Assembly (NCBI RefSeq): GCF_004010195.1
Contig: NW_025215272.1
Span: forward strand, 48,497-80,947
DNA length: 32,451 nt
Reading direction: 5' to 3'
Source: Chiloscyllium plagiosum
Taxonomy: Eukaryota
Every line of letters begins with the position of its first letter. Within the stretch, counting starts at the first letter, position 1. Position numbers and translations under genes: made by a program. The notes beneath the pieces are model-generated. The model made no database searches and had not been told where the DNA came from. It was given only the letters and a program-made list of their open reading frames with translations. Below, piece after piece: positions 10,385 to 21,814 of the stretch.

Positions 10385-12540
10385 CCACGTTGAATTTGTC
10401 ATCGGACAATGAAACAGGCCAGGTGTGAGATTTGATTGTCGTTAAGCAAATCGGTGATAGTGACCACAATTGGGTTGTTTTTCCTTTAGCGATGGAAAGG
10501 AAGCGGTATATACCGCGGTACATAGCTGAGGATAAGGCAATTATGATGCAATTAGGCTAGAATTAGTGAAATAAAGTGAACCGTATGGACATTATTGAAA
10601 AGTGGAGCTTGATTAAAGAACAGGTACTGAGTGTTTTTGATAAGTAAGTGCCTGTCAGACAAGGAGGAAGGAGTCGAGCAAGGGGGGCGTAGTTTACTAA
10701 AGAAGTTGAATACGTTATCAAAAGGAAGAGGAGGCTTAAGTATATATGACACGTGAAGACTCAGTTAGGGCGCTTCAAAATTGCAAGTTAGCCTGAAAGA
10801 CCTAAAGAGAGAGCTAAGCAGAGATATGAGGGGACATGAGAATCTTTGGCAGGTCAGTTCAAGAAAACCCATAATGCTTTGCATCGCTACATCAGGGAGA
10901 AACAAATGACAAGATTTAGAATAGGTGCAGTCAAGGATAGTCCTGAGAAGTTGTGTGTGGAGTTCGAGGAAATATGAGAAGCATTAAATGAATATTTCTC
11001 GTCCTTACTCACACTGGAAAAGGGCAATGTTGCGGAGGAGAATACTGACAAACAGGATATTAGACAAGGCGGGATTGAGGTTAATAAGGAAGAGATGATA
11101 GCAATTCTGTAAGATGTGAAAATAAGTAAGACACTTGGACCGGATGGGATTCATTCAAGTATTCTCTGGAGGGTCAGGGAGGAGATTGCAGTACATTTGG
11201 CTTTGACCTTTCTGTCGTCATTGTCTACAGGAATAATGCAAGAAGACAGGAGGAGAGCAAATGTTGGCCCCTTGTTCAAGAAGGGAAGTAGAGATAACCC
11301 TGGAAATTACCTTTCTTCAATTGTGAGAAATGTTGGAAGGATTACGAGAGATAGGATTTCTAATCATCTGGCAAGGAACAATTTGATTCGGGCTTGCTTG
11401 TCAGCACGATTTTGTAAAGGGTACGTCGTGCCTCACAAACCTTATTGAGTTGTTTCAGAAGGTGAACAAGTAGGGGGATGCGGGTAACGTTTTTAATGCA
11501 GTGTATATAATTTCAATAAAGTGTTTGATGAGTTGTCCCGCTGTACGCTGTTGCACAAAATATGGAGGCATGGGTTTGAGGGTGGTTTACCGGTTTGGAT
11601 CAGAGATTGTCTCGCTGATAGAAGACAGAGGGTTTGTCATTGATGGGAAATGTTCATTTACTAGCGGTATACCGCAAGGATCTGTTTTGGGACAGTGCTG
11701 TTTTTCATTTGTTTTGAAGGAACTGGATAAGAGCGTAGAAAGATGGGTTAATGAATTTGCAGATGACACGAAAGTCATTGGAATTGTGGTCAGTGCCGAT
11801 AGGATGTTGCAGATTCCAGACCGACACAGATAAGCTGCAGATCTAGGCTGACAGATTGCAAATGGAGCTTAAGGCGGAAAAGTGTGCATGGTAAGATTCT
11901 TGGCAGTGTGGATGAGCAGAGAGATTTCAGTGTGCATGCCCGTATATCCCTGATAGATGCCACACAATTTGATAGGGATATCAAGATATTGTATGGTGTG
12001 TTCGCTTTTATTGGTAGAGCGATTGAGTTTCGATGCCATCAGATCATGTTGCTGTCCGAATCATTGGTGCAGCTGCACTTGGAGCATTGCATACAGTTTT
12101 GGTCGCAGCATGAGAGGAATGAGGTTTAAAATTTGGAAAGGGCGCAGAGGACATTTACCTGGATGTTGCCAGGAGGTCTTAAGATGAAAGGCTGATGTCC
12201 TTGAGGCTGCTTTCGATAGAGAGAATGCTTTGAGGTGATGTAATTGAGACATAAAAGATGGTGAGAGGATGGATACGTTGGATAGTGAGAGTGCTTTACC
12301 TCGAATGGGGATGGCTAGCACGAGGGGACATAGCTTGGAAATTGAGGGAAGATAGACGGAGGACAGATGTGAAAAGTAGGTTTTTTAGTCACAGAGTAGT
12401 AAGGGCCTGGAACGCCTTCCCTCAAACAGTCGTCCACACTCCAACGTTTAGGGCGTTTAACAGTCATGGACAAACAATGGATGACAATAGAATAATTTTC
12501 GTTAGATGGGCTTCAGTTTGGTTTCACAGGTCGGCGCAAA
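10385..12540 (+). mobile_element. Decayed CR1 LINE ORF2 and 3' end
   Basis: KTLGPDGIHSSIL, RANVGPLFKKGSRDNPGNY, TSGIPQGSVLG, FADDTKV, RFFSHRVVRAWNAFP; frameshifts and stops. Confidence 0.92.
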
Positions 12541-12691
12541 TATCTGCTGTGACTTTCCTTTCTGATCACATATCGCTTTCCAGGGGCATATTGTATGACT
12601 GAGTGAGCTTCCAGGTCTCTTTGCCAGGGCATGTTCCAGTTAACCAAACTTGAAAGCGTTTTGCACATTCCTCAAATCAGCCTTTTCTCAG

Positions 12692-12848
12692 TTCCTATCG
12701 GCGCATCTCTACCAGTGACTGAATCTCACCCAACCTCAAACACTGCCTGGAAGCAGACCTTGAGATTTATATCCAGTACTCTGGCACCAATACAAAAACC
12801 TCTCGATCAGACCATCCAACACTTCACTGCTAACCTTCGGAGTTTACT
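12692..12848 (+). CDS. Candidate exon A of SEA-like domain gene (phase 1 to 2): PIGASLPVTESHPTSNTAWKQTLRFISSTLAPIQKPLDQTIQHFTANLRSL
   Basis: Acceptor ccttttctcag|, donor CT|gtatga, open frame, unique sequence between repeats; phase matches the next exon. Confidence 0.55.
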
Positions 12849-13037
12849 GTATGAACATTGCAAGTCTTATCTCCCCGATTAAATCATTGGCATCACTAAT
12901 TTGTTATTACACGTCTATCGAACATTCGAAGACACCTTGGATTATCTCCCGCTCCCGCTATCCACAGTGTTTTACGAAATCGCTCGACTTCTGTTTCGCA
13001 GTTGCTTTCCATAGCTCCTCTTGTCCTTTTCTATTAG

Positions 13038-13173
13038 CATCTGGGAAAAATTCTTCAACTTTCTACCTTCGTGTCATTTCTATTGTGTCAATGTTGAGGC
13101 TGGGTCCCTGGTTTGCCAATTTTACTATTCGAATGATGTCAACAATGAAGATTCAGTTCGGGCATCAGTTGAG
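13038..13173 (+). CDS. Candidate exon B of SEA-like domain gene (phase 2 to 0): IWEKFFNFLPSCHFYCVNVEAGSLVCQFYYSNDVNNEDSVRASVE
   Basis: Acceptor ttgtccttttctattag|, donor GAG|gtaaag; GSLVCQF resembles the SEA GSVVV motif. Confidence 0.6.
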
Positions 13174-13457
13174 GTAAAGTTCATAAGGAATAGGCCCAAA
13201 CATCACTTATCCAACACGATATACAATGCATGACTGAAGATGTACCTCTGTTTGTATGAGCATCTGGGTGTGTTTGTCTGTGGTGTCTGTGCGAATATTC
13301 ATGTGTTCATATGCATCGCTAACATCGTGTGTGTATATGTCAGTGCATGTGGTCGGTTCTGGATTTGAGTCCATACTTGTGCATGTTACTGTTTGAGTCA
13401 TGAATGAAATGCCTCGCATGGGCATCACAGATTCTGTCCGTCTTTTGGTTTTCACAG

Positions 13458-13514
13458 TTATTAACTTCAGGAGACCCTGCCTTATCAAAGGAGGACATTT
13501 CGTTTTCCAAGTAG
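13458..13514 (+). CDS. Candidate exon C of SEA-like domain gene: LLTSGDPALSKEDISFSK*
   Basis: Strong acceptor tcttttggttttcacag|, phase 0 open to TAG at 13512-13514; a weak donor AA|gtagat at 13510 is an alternative. Confidence 0.5.
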   Translation, partial: LLTSGDPALSKEDISFSK

Positions 13515-13599
13515 ATTATACTGCAGCAGAAAATCAGCAAAGGATGAGAACTGTCCAGTTCTTAGTTTTCAGATTCTTGGTGATGGTGCCGGAACCGTA

Positions 13600-14015
13600 A
13601 AATGTGGTGTTGGGAACGCATAGAAGATCAGGCAGCACCCAAGGACCAGGAGGGATGACGTTTCGGGCAGGGCTCTTCAACAGTTCTGGGGAATGGAGGG
13701 GCGTACTGAGAAATGAATACCAGGATTGGGGCTGGTATAAAAGTAGGTTAGATGACGATAGGTGCACACAGATAGAAGGTGATTGTGTTAGGTCCCTGAG
13801 GATGTTGGAACGGATAGGTGGGACGGAATATATAAATGTTGGGCAGAACAATAGGATAGTGCCGAGTCAGAGGGGTTGGATGTGAGACGGGAGGGAAGAT
13901 TTGGAAACTGGTGAAGTCAGTGTTAAGGCCATGTGCTTCTAGATCCCCGAAATGAAAAATGACATGTGTTTCCTCCAGTTTGTGCGTGTCCTTGTTTAGG
14001 CGGTGGAGGAGATCT
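13600..14015 (-). mobile_element. Decayed Penelope-like 3' end (GIY-YIG tail and pLTR)
   Basis: KLEETHVIFHFGDLEAHGLNTDFTSFQI resembles the PLE endonuclease C-terminus; degenerate hammerhead CTGTTGA...GAAACGTC near 13655-13685. Confidence 0.7.
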
Positions 14016-15399
14016 AGATTGAGCACATCATCGAGGAAGGTGAAATGTTTTGCCACCTTCATTCTCTGTATCCTGGGCCTGTCGAGATTGTGCTCATCTC
14101 CATGAACCCAAACGTCAATACAGTTGATCAGTGCATTGCTACTATCCTGTAGCCTGTGTTTAATTTCAGATTGTGACGATTGTGAACTATGTTGACATCG
14201 GGGGGCAATGGTCAGAAATGGCAGAGACATAGTCACTACTGTCAGCTCCTTACCAGCCAGTTTCATAGAATCACTGTTGAGAGACAATGCGAAATGCACT
14301 GGTAGCATCTCTCTGAAGTGTGAGCAGAGGGATAGTAGACAATACGTTACAAATGTATGTTCACTTCCACCTAGAAGGGCAAGGGTGGTAGATACACGGG
14401 AGCACTTCAAATCGCACTCCAAACCATTCAACATCCTCACTTGGAAATATATCTCTCATTCCGTAAATATCATCCTGCCCAGATCATATAATTTCAAACT
14501 TGGCAGTTGGTTATGGGTCAGTCTGTAGCACATGGACTGCAAGAAGGAGCTCAACTCCCCCACCACCAACAACCCCATAACCTGTTCTCTAAAATATGTC
14601 TGACAGTGAAAACACGTTGAAGTAGAATCAGAAGAAAAGGGAGAGTCGGATATTGAATGTGGTCAAGGAATTCGATTGTCACCCCGACCCGATAGTAATT
14701 AACACCAAATAATACATCACAAAACCAGACGATGTTCACCTTACATTCTTTCATGTTTGGTTAGTGAAACTGAATGAACACATTTCCGAAATCTGGGGCT
14801 TTCACAACTTCACTCGAAAATGCTCACATTTGGCACTCTCTAAACGATCATTTTTCACGCTTCTCAGAGGCTTTCCCGTCATGTACCCATTCAGAACTGA
14901 AGCACATTTCAACAAATCCAATTTAAGAGCTCCTGGGTCAATATTCCCCTCGAACTGACTGTACACATTCCTTGCTTCCAGCAAACACAGCTAATGAAAA
15001 ATCAGGACCTGAGAAGTCCCAATCTTCAGATTACACTGGAGAGCTGACAAATGTGAATTAACGTTAAAACGAGACGTATATATGACAAAATCTCTACTAC
15101 TTGTGGATAAAAAAGAATATTTCCATTCAAGGCGTGTATTTGTAATCGTCAGAGTTTTCATGGTGCCCTTCCTTCCAACTGACTTGCATAAATGTTTTAG
15201 TTTGCTTTGTTTGATTTATTGTCCCGTGTACTGAAATACACTGACATTCACATGCACTGATGCACACAAACTGACACACACCCACAGACATAGACACTCA
15301 CTCACCATAACACACACGAATTCACACGGACACTGAGCACTGAAAATGCACGTAAACAGAGAGATCCATACTCACGGCTACACGCACTCAATATTACCC

Positions 15400-15840
15400 A
15401 TGATTCGGAGATGCTGGTGTTGGACTGGGGTGAACAAAGTTAAAAATCACACAACACGTTTAATTGGAAACACAGTAGCTTTCGGAGCGACGCTCCTTCA
15501 TCAGGTGATTGTGGAGGGCTCGATCGTAACACAGAATTTATAGCAATAATTTGCAGTGTGATGTAACTGAAATTATACATTGAAGAATTGATTGTCTGTT
15601 AAGCCTTTCATCTGTTAGAATACAGTGATAGTTTCACTTCTTTCATGTGTAAATCACAAAACCCTTTTTTTTAAAAGTTGCATTCTCGGGTTAGCTGTTA
15701 ACAATGGTGATAGCTAGACAATATGTTGAAAGTGTTAGCCCCCTGTCTTCTCTGTCTATGACCTGATGTTTAGATTGATTCCAATCTAAAAAGTAAGATA
15801 ACAGAGTTTTACATAAATTCATGCAGTTTTTCAGCTCAAA
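15400..15840 (-). mobile_element. Penelope-like pLTR fragment
   Basis: ggagatgctggtgttggactgggg...gttaaaaatcacacaacac followed by a hammerhead motif; a common shark repeat as I recall it. Confidence 0.65.
15471..15509 (-). ncRNA. Minimal type I hammerhead ribozyme motif
   Basis: Minus strand CTGATGA-a-GGAGC-gtc-GCTCC-GAAA-GCTA: intact core boxes and a perfect 5-bp stem II. Confidence 0.65.
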
Positions 15841-17095
15841 TCCGAGAGTTCAACCAATTGAATTGCATCTGAAATGCAATTCCTAACATTTATCTTTAAA
15901 ATAAGAAAAGGTTAGAGTCTGTATGTTCTTCTGTATAGTTTGAGGGAGTTTGGTCTGGGCCATAACACCATTGTACTAGTTGTCCAGCTTCAGCCTATCT
16001 CTGGAATGTACTTTGGATGCAGGATACGAGCCAGCAAAGCTATCAAAAACTGTGACTACCAGCTATCCCACAGAGAGAATCCATACCACCTTTCAACAGT
16101 ACTCCATCACAGTGACAACCTAGTTCCTGAATTAAACAGGCAATTGATAGAGCAATTCCATTTCAGAGCCAACTGCTCTTCTCAAACTGGAAGGCTTCTG
16201 CCTGGTACTCCCAATTTCAAAGCTTACCCTCTGCCCCTAACTGGACGGAAAATGTGTTTCCGTGGCAATTTAGAGGGTATCCCCATTAAAATCTCATAGA
16301 GTCAGTGGGTTGGAAATCTGCATCACACATCCACATTGTTTGTACAATGAAAAACAACAGCCAAGGTATGATGGTCAGTGTTGTGACCTGGTGCAGAAAC
16401 CGAAGGTGAATAGGTTATTAAAATAAGCTTGCAGAGCACATTAAACCCTACACTGTGTAATGCTAGGTTATATTCTCCTACTATCTCCCATAGCTACTTA
16501 TACCCCTCTTGACATAGTACGGCACTTGCATGCCTGTTCAGTGACATTACACTCACCTTACAGAAACAATGAACCTTATGTCAACTCTATTCATCTCAGC
16601 CCCCAATATTGTTTAACCTCTTCCCAATCTATTATTACGGCGCTTCATTTTCTCCACTCTTCACTAGTATTCTTCTATCCACCCACACACCATCCTCTCA
16701 ATTCTGTATTCCATACCCACTCCACACCTCCAAACACCAGTGCTCTTACACATCTCCAACTCCCTCCCCATCCCATGGCTCTCACAGCTGTCTGGATTCA
16801 CATCAATGTGCAAGCCTCAAAGTAGGTTTATAATGGGAAAAGGTTTGGGAAGTAATACTTTAGAACGTCTGGATGACTGCCACTTTATTGAGCTTTGTGG
16901 AATAGAATTCTTTTAACATAATAGAAAATTGGGTTCAGTGATGGGGTTGATTGTCACCAGAAAGTAAAAAGAAGGGACAGAACGTGCAAATGTCATTTTT
17001 TACCATAGATACATAACAGTGTAGGAAAATTCAACAATAGAAAACACTTAAAAGGTTTTGTAGGTGCAAATTATTGCGAATGCTGGAATCTGCAT

Positions 17096-17274
17096 TGAAA
17101 ACAACAAATGCTGAAGATCACTGCGGGGCAGATAGTTCAATAGAGAGAAAAAGCAAGCTAACATTCAGAGTCTAAATGATTCTTCGTTAGAGTAATCAAG
17201 ACTCGAAATGTTAGCTTGCTGTCTGTCCATGGATTCTGTCTGACTCGTGTGTTCTCCAGCATTAATTGTTTTCA
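17096..17274. mobile_element. Palindromic Penelope-derived short element
   Basis: Imperfect inverted arms about 17096-17173 and 17199-17274 (agcaagctaacatt / aatgttagcttgct; tgaaaacaa / ttgttttca). Confidence 0.65.
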
Positions 17275-17279
17275 GTTAA

Positions 17280-17512
17280 AAGCTTTGTATCTTAATTCAA
17301 AAAGCATTTGGTGTAAGGTAATGCAGATCAAAGTAAATGAATATCATCTCATAGCCATTACAGAAACATGGTTACTAGGAAATCAAAATTAAAAACTCAA
17401 CATTTTTGCCCTTTCAGGAAGACAGGAGGGATAGAAAAGGTGGTGGAATAGCACTGTTAATAAATAATGGATGAAATGAGGGCAGTTGTGAGAGATGATC
17501 TGGGCTCAGATG
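17280..17512 (+). mobile_element. CR1 endonuclease-region fragment
   Basis: atagccattacagaaacatggtta (IAITETWL) and aaaggtggtggaatagcactgtta (KGGGIALL). Confidence 0.75.
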
Positions 17513-17514
17513 AC

Positions 17515-17855
17515 GTAAGACCATAAGACATAGAAGTGGAAGCAAGGCCATTCGTCCCATTGAGTCCACTCCGCCATTTAATCATGGCTAATGGGTGTTT
17601 CATTCCACTTACTCGCACTCTCCCCATAAACCTTAAATTCTTGATCTCGCAAGGAATTATCAATCTCTGCCATAAAGACACCCAATGTCCCAACCTCCAA
17701 TGTACTCCGTGGCAATGAATTCCACAGGCCCGCCACTCTTTGGCTGAAGAAATTTCTCCTCATTTCCATTCTAAATCAACTTCCTCTAATTTTAAGGCTG
17801 TGCCCACTGGTCCTAATCTCCAAGCCTAATGGAAACAACTTCCCAGCATCCATGT
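17515..17855 (-). mobile_element. CR1 3' end fragment
   Basis: MEMRRNFFSQRVAGLWNSLP; tail taagaccataagacatag on +. Confidence 0.85.
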
Positions 17856-17862
17856 AGAATCC

Positions 17863-17864
<2 letters not shown>

Positions 17865-17930
<66 letters not shown>

Positions 17931-17935
17931 TCGTC
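17865..17935. repeat. (TTTC)n microsatellite
   Basis: Near-perfect tetranucleotide run. Confidence 0.97.
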
Positions 17936-17989
17936 CTTCCTTATTCTCTTTGTTTCATTGGTCAGGACAAACATAAGAGCATTGCCTTC

Positions 17990-18470
17990 AATTCTGTTCA
18001 ACACATTTACAGGAAGAATTTGGAAGCTTTGTAAAGGGCGCACAAGAGTTATCCCAGGAAGCGATCTTCATTAGAGGGCATTGACTATAAGGACACTCTG
18101 GAAAAATTTCTGCAACAGCGGAGGATAGAAAAAAAAGACAGACATGGAAAAGGCTGACGGTCAGAACCTTCTTCGCTGAGTTGAAATGTCTAAAACGAGG
18201 GAACATATTTTAAAGGTGAGGGGGAAATTTTCAAAGATATACGAGGGGCAAATTCCTTTACACAGAGGGAGTCAGGATTATGTAACGCGCTGTTACTGAT
18301 GATGGTGGATCCAGATACCATCGAGGGTACTCAGGAACACTTTGATAAGCATGTGAATATGCAAGGAATGAAAGAATGGAGACAAGGGCAGGAAGAAGCG
18401 ATTAGTCTATTTTTGACGTCATGTTCAGCACAAAATCATATGATGAAGGACGCTTTTGGAGCTTTAAGCT
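17990..18470 (+). mobile_element. Highly decayed CR1 3' fragment
   Basis: gggaacatattttaaaggtgaggggg...ttcctttacacagaggg...gtaacgcgctg resembles the CR1 ORF2 C-terminus. Confidence 0.6.
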
Positions 18471-18603
18471 TCTATCATCTGGCAGTTTCGAGCTTCGAAG
18501 GGAGTTATGCGCTGTGATGCGTTCTCAAAAAACATCCGTTTCTTGTGCAGTGAAGTGGGGAAGCCAGCAAATGTAGGCATTGCATCAGTTTTACCACGAG
18601 CGA

Positions 18604-18621
18604 GTGAGTGAGCGAGAGAAT

Positions 18622-18675
<54 letters not shown>

Positions 18676-18935
18676 AAGAGAGAGAGAAGCACACAGAAAC
18701 ACACAAAGAAAAACAGAGAGATGCATTAACACAGAAACATAAACACAGGCACGTGCAAAAAAAATCCCAGATGCACACACACGCACACTGACAAGCACAC
18801 ATGCACACACATTCACAGGCACAAATTGACAGACATGTAAATCATGACAAACACACAAATGCAGACACACATGCTAATCTATGCAGAGAGAGACATAGAC
18901 ATCAAAATGACGAGAATCACGGATATGCACACACG
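18604..18935. repeat. (GA)n microsatellite followed by a CA-rich tract
   Basis: Perfect GA run about 18625-18670, then degenerate CA/GA. Confidence 0.9.
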
Positions 18936-19064
18936 TGCTCTGAGTGTCTAAATGCAGAGCAGATTCGGTATAATGTTCATAAATATGAGGTTAACGAATT
19001 TGATTGTAAAGTTAGTACGGCCGATTATTATTTGAGTGACTGCAAATTTTGGAGATTGGATTGT

Positions 19065-19635
19065 TCAGTGAGAGTGTGGGGTTTGTGTGTTCAGTATGGG
19101 GTCACGGTGGGGGCATGTGTTCAGAATAGAGTCTGAGTGTTCAATGTAGAGCAATGTGGTCAGTGGGGTTCAGTGTGCTCGGTATGGGTCTGTGTATGTT
19201 CACTTTGGGATCTCTATGTTCAGTGTATGATCTGTATGTTCAGAGTGGGGTCTGTGTGGTCAGTGTCGATGCTGTATGTTCAGAATGGGGTCTATATGTG
19301 AAGTGTGAGATCAATGTGGGGCCTGTATGTTCACTGTGGACTCTGTGATTTCATTGTGGGGTCTGTGTCTTCAGTATGGGACCTGTATGTTCAGAATAAG
19401 GCCAGTGTACATACAGGTTCTGGTCAGCATATTCAGTGTGGGGGTGTCTGTGTTCAGTGTGGGCTGAGTGCGATCAGTTTGCGCATCTCTGTGTTCAGTG
19501 TCGCGTCTGTGGGATCAGTGTTTGTTCCTCTGCGTTCAATGCCGAATCTGTGTGATCAGTATTGGATCAGTGTGTTCAGTGTGAGATCAGTCTGTTCTCA
19601 ACGTGGGATCGGTGTTTTCAATGTGGCGTCTGTGA
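19065..19635. repeat. ~20-bp degenerate minisatellite (TCTGTGTGTTCAGTGTGGGG-like)
   Basis: gttcag/gatcag recurs at a 20-nt period, e.g. 19191-19300. Confidence 0.85.
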
Positions 19636-19842
19636 CAGCACGAGAGAGGGGGAGGGAGAGAGACAGAGAGAAAGAGAGGGAGAGAGCCTTCTGAAACCCG
19701 CATACGCTCTCTGATCCTCCTCCGCCTCAATGGCCTTATCCTGCTTACAGGGAGAGAAGACATGCAATCAATCTGCATCACTATGGCTGCACCACAAAAT
19801 GCTCATGAATTTCGACAGAGGTAAGTTACTGATGCGATTTTG

Positions 19843-19848
19843 TTTATT
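19843..19848 (-). terminator. Polyadenylation signal AATAAA of the cationic peptide gene
   Basis: tttatt on +, about 143 nt downstream of the TGA at 19991. Confidence 0.6.
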
Positions 19849-19990
19849 CGGGATCCTGGAAGTGTAGGGTTATTTGGAATTGCCGTTCGTCAAAAGGTGC
19901 CATCACAGAAAAGCCTGAATTGAATAAGCCAGCTGTCAGAATCTGCGACGTCGTTGGGTTAGCTGACATCTACCCGTCAAGCAGTTCGTC

Positions 19991-20103
19991 TCATCTGGCA
20001 ATACGTGGAGAGCGTGTGCAGCCTTGTGTGGCTGGGGATTGTCCTGGTCGGCACAGAGGTCTGGCGCAGTTCCATCCCAGGCTTTGACATCGCAGTATCA
20101 TTC
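19991..20103 (-). CDS. Last coding exon of a secreted cationic 4-Cys peptide: (G)MILRCQSLGWNCARPLCRPGQSPATQGCTRSPRIAR*
   Basis: Strong acceptor ctttctttttgctgttttcag|; phase 1 matches the donor at 21482; stop then AATAAA. Confidence 0.7.
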
Positions 20104-20769
20104 CTGAAAACAGCAAAAAGAAAGCTCACTGCTGGCCCCGGTCATCTCCCCACTCCCCAAATTATCTCCCTTTGAACGAGGTTTTCATTATCCAAAAAAT
20201 TGTTCAGATTCCCCCTTCACATCTTTGTCACATAGTCCACTCTGATAGACTCCCAATTGAAGCTCCTCTCACTCCTTTAGCGATCTTGACCTCCAATAGC
20301 ATTTCCTCTTTGAATCACCTCACTGTCAATATCCCAGATCTACCACTGAGAGAGAATCTCACAATTGCCACTTGATGTTCATTACCGTACCAACCCTTGT
20401 CCATCACAGTGGTTAACGACAGAGCCCACTCGCACCATCTTCTCAAGGGGGAGTGATCTACGGATGAGCAACAAATGGTGGATCAAACAGGGCCTATCAC
20501 ATGCCATGAGTGAAAAGGATAAAAGGGTGAATGAAGACAGTGGTGCTGTGTTTTAACGGGCACGAATCCTTACAATGGCTTTTTCCCCTTCCCACCCTCT
20601 GACAGCACCATCCCCTCGAATTGTTATACCACGCCGCCCAATCCTATTGCTCAGTTGTTCCAAGCGTTCAGAAGTGTATGTTGGAGCATGGATCCTGACG
20701 AGAGTCGAGGAATGTAAAATGCTTAATATGATGTTTAATCAACCACCTTCGACGATATCAGAAACAAAT

Positions 20770-21345
20770 CACATATCTCTTTCCCTGCTGTCATTGAAAC
20801 TTTTTCCTCTACTTTAGGTTGTTATCTCGCTCTTTGCCATCATTAATCTCTCAACACCTACTTCAATCTCGAACATCTTTATTTACAATGCTTCTCCTAC
20901 ATGACTCAATCTCTCTCTCTACTCTATTGTTTCGTCTGCTTTCCATTATTAATCAAACTCTGTTTCTCGAACGGTTTTTCCAAATATTTCCGTATAGTTA
21001 CTTCTGTACCTCGACTTCTCTCTCTTTGAACCTTATTACTCTCTCGAGCACATTTATCTTTTCACTCTGTTACTCATTGGTACCGAAAAGCTTTATTTTC
21101 CTCTCTCTTTGCCCCTCACTATTGTCTCTACCACTACTTCAGTTTTTCACATCTTTATCATCTCTTTAATTCCCTCACTGCTCTATCAATCTTTGCTTCT
21201 CTCTAATAACGTTATCTAGCCTTTCTCTGGCCCCAATGCTCTCTCAATCTCCGTTTCGATTCTTCTTGCTCCCTTGGTCCTCAGTCGATCTTTATTTCGC
21301 GCGCGCTCTCTCTCTCTGCCTTTATTTCCGTGTATCGCACTTCCC
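20770..21345. repeat. Degenerate CT-rich tract (intronic)
   Basis: Pyrimidine-rich low complexity on +; explains the S/L/F-rich ORF 20819-21169. Confidence 0.8.
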
Positions 21346-21481
21346 TGACTCTATTTCGCAATCGGGTGTTTCCCTCCAAACCCAGCAGGATATATGTCTG
21401 TGATGACACTATCCAGAAACGATTAATTTTGCCTTCCTCTGTGACGGTTTCCCCAAACCAGTTTATGGAAGGTCCACCCAC

Positions 21482-21572
21482 CTGTGGCTAGGTACCTCAC
21501 ATTCACTCTTCTGGGGCCAGCGATACCCTCTCCGAGCACCAGCAATGGTACGGCCAAGAGCAGAGCTTTCAT
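21482..21572 (-). CDS. First coding exon of the cationic peptide: MKALLLAVPLLVLGEGIAGPRRVNVRYLAT(G), signal peptide
   Basis: agaATG start with A at -3, MK + hydrophobic core + small residues, donor CAG|gtgggt (phase 1), upstream acceptor ttgcag| with the exon starting at 21588. Confidence 0.75.
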
Positions 21573-21767
21573 TCTTTCTCACTCAGCTCTGCAAATTCCT
21601 TGTGAGATTGCCGCAATACAGGAGCTCTGTATAGCCTGCTCGGAGAGACACCTTCAGTTAATAATCTATGAGTTTGTGTGCGAGGATCAGCACAGCCCGC
21701 CCTTCCAGAGAGTCTTAGACTTGTTAACGTGGCAGACAGCGAACAGAGTATGGCAATGTGCCCTCAC

Positions 21768-21792
21768 TGTGAAAAGTGTATGTTGTTCTGAT
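21768..21792 (-). other. Putative short non-coding exon 1 of the cationic peptide gene
   Basis: Starts about 30 nt downstream of TATAAAT and ends at donor ACA|gtgagg; start site estimated. Confidence 0.45.
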
Positions 21793-21814
21793 CAACAAGC
21801 AACAGGAAGGATGC

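Larger units (their letters stand above)
8290..10385 (-). mobile_element. Decayed CR1 LINE (RT and 3' UTR), interrupted by the Penelope insertion
   Basis: Peptides SLATGDVPEDYRVKNCAPLFKK, WQMEFAPDKHVVLHF, VQFCSHCYRKDVIKLERV; CR1 3' end (acagcacggagacaggccctt on +) at about 8290. Confidence 0.85.

Noticed and set aside
11116..11833. Reverse transcriptase ORFs as a functional or domesticated gene
   Set aside because: Ordinary CR1 ORF2 remnants with multiple stops and frameshifts.
13748..14440. 230-aa minus-strand ORF
   Set aside because: Chimera of decayed retroelement fragments, including the Penelope tail.
14802..14990. Minus-strand ORF with a plausible acceptor and donor
   Set aside because: No recognisable motif and no partner exons.
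15940..16299. 119-aa plus-strand ORF
   Set aside because: Non-ATG start, no recognisable domain or convincing splice context.
19936..20103. Phase-0 reading E*YCDVKAWDGTAPDLC... with TGA as possible selenocysteine or a sushi-like motif
   Set aside because: No SECIS-like hairpin found downstream; the phase-1 reading via the stronger donor at 21482 gives a clean ORF.
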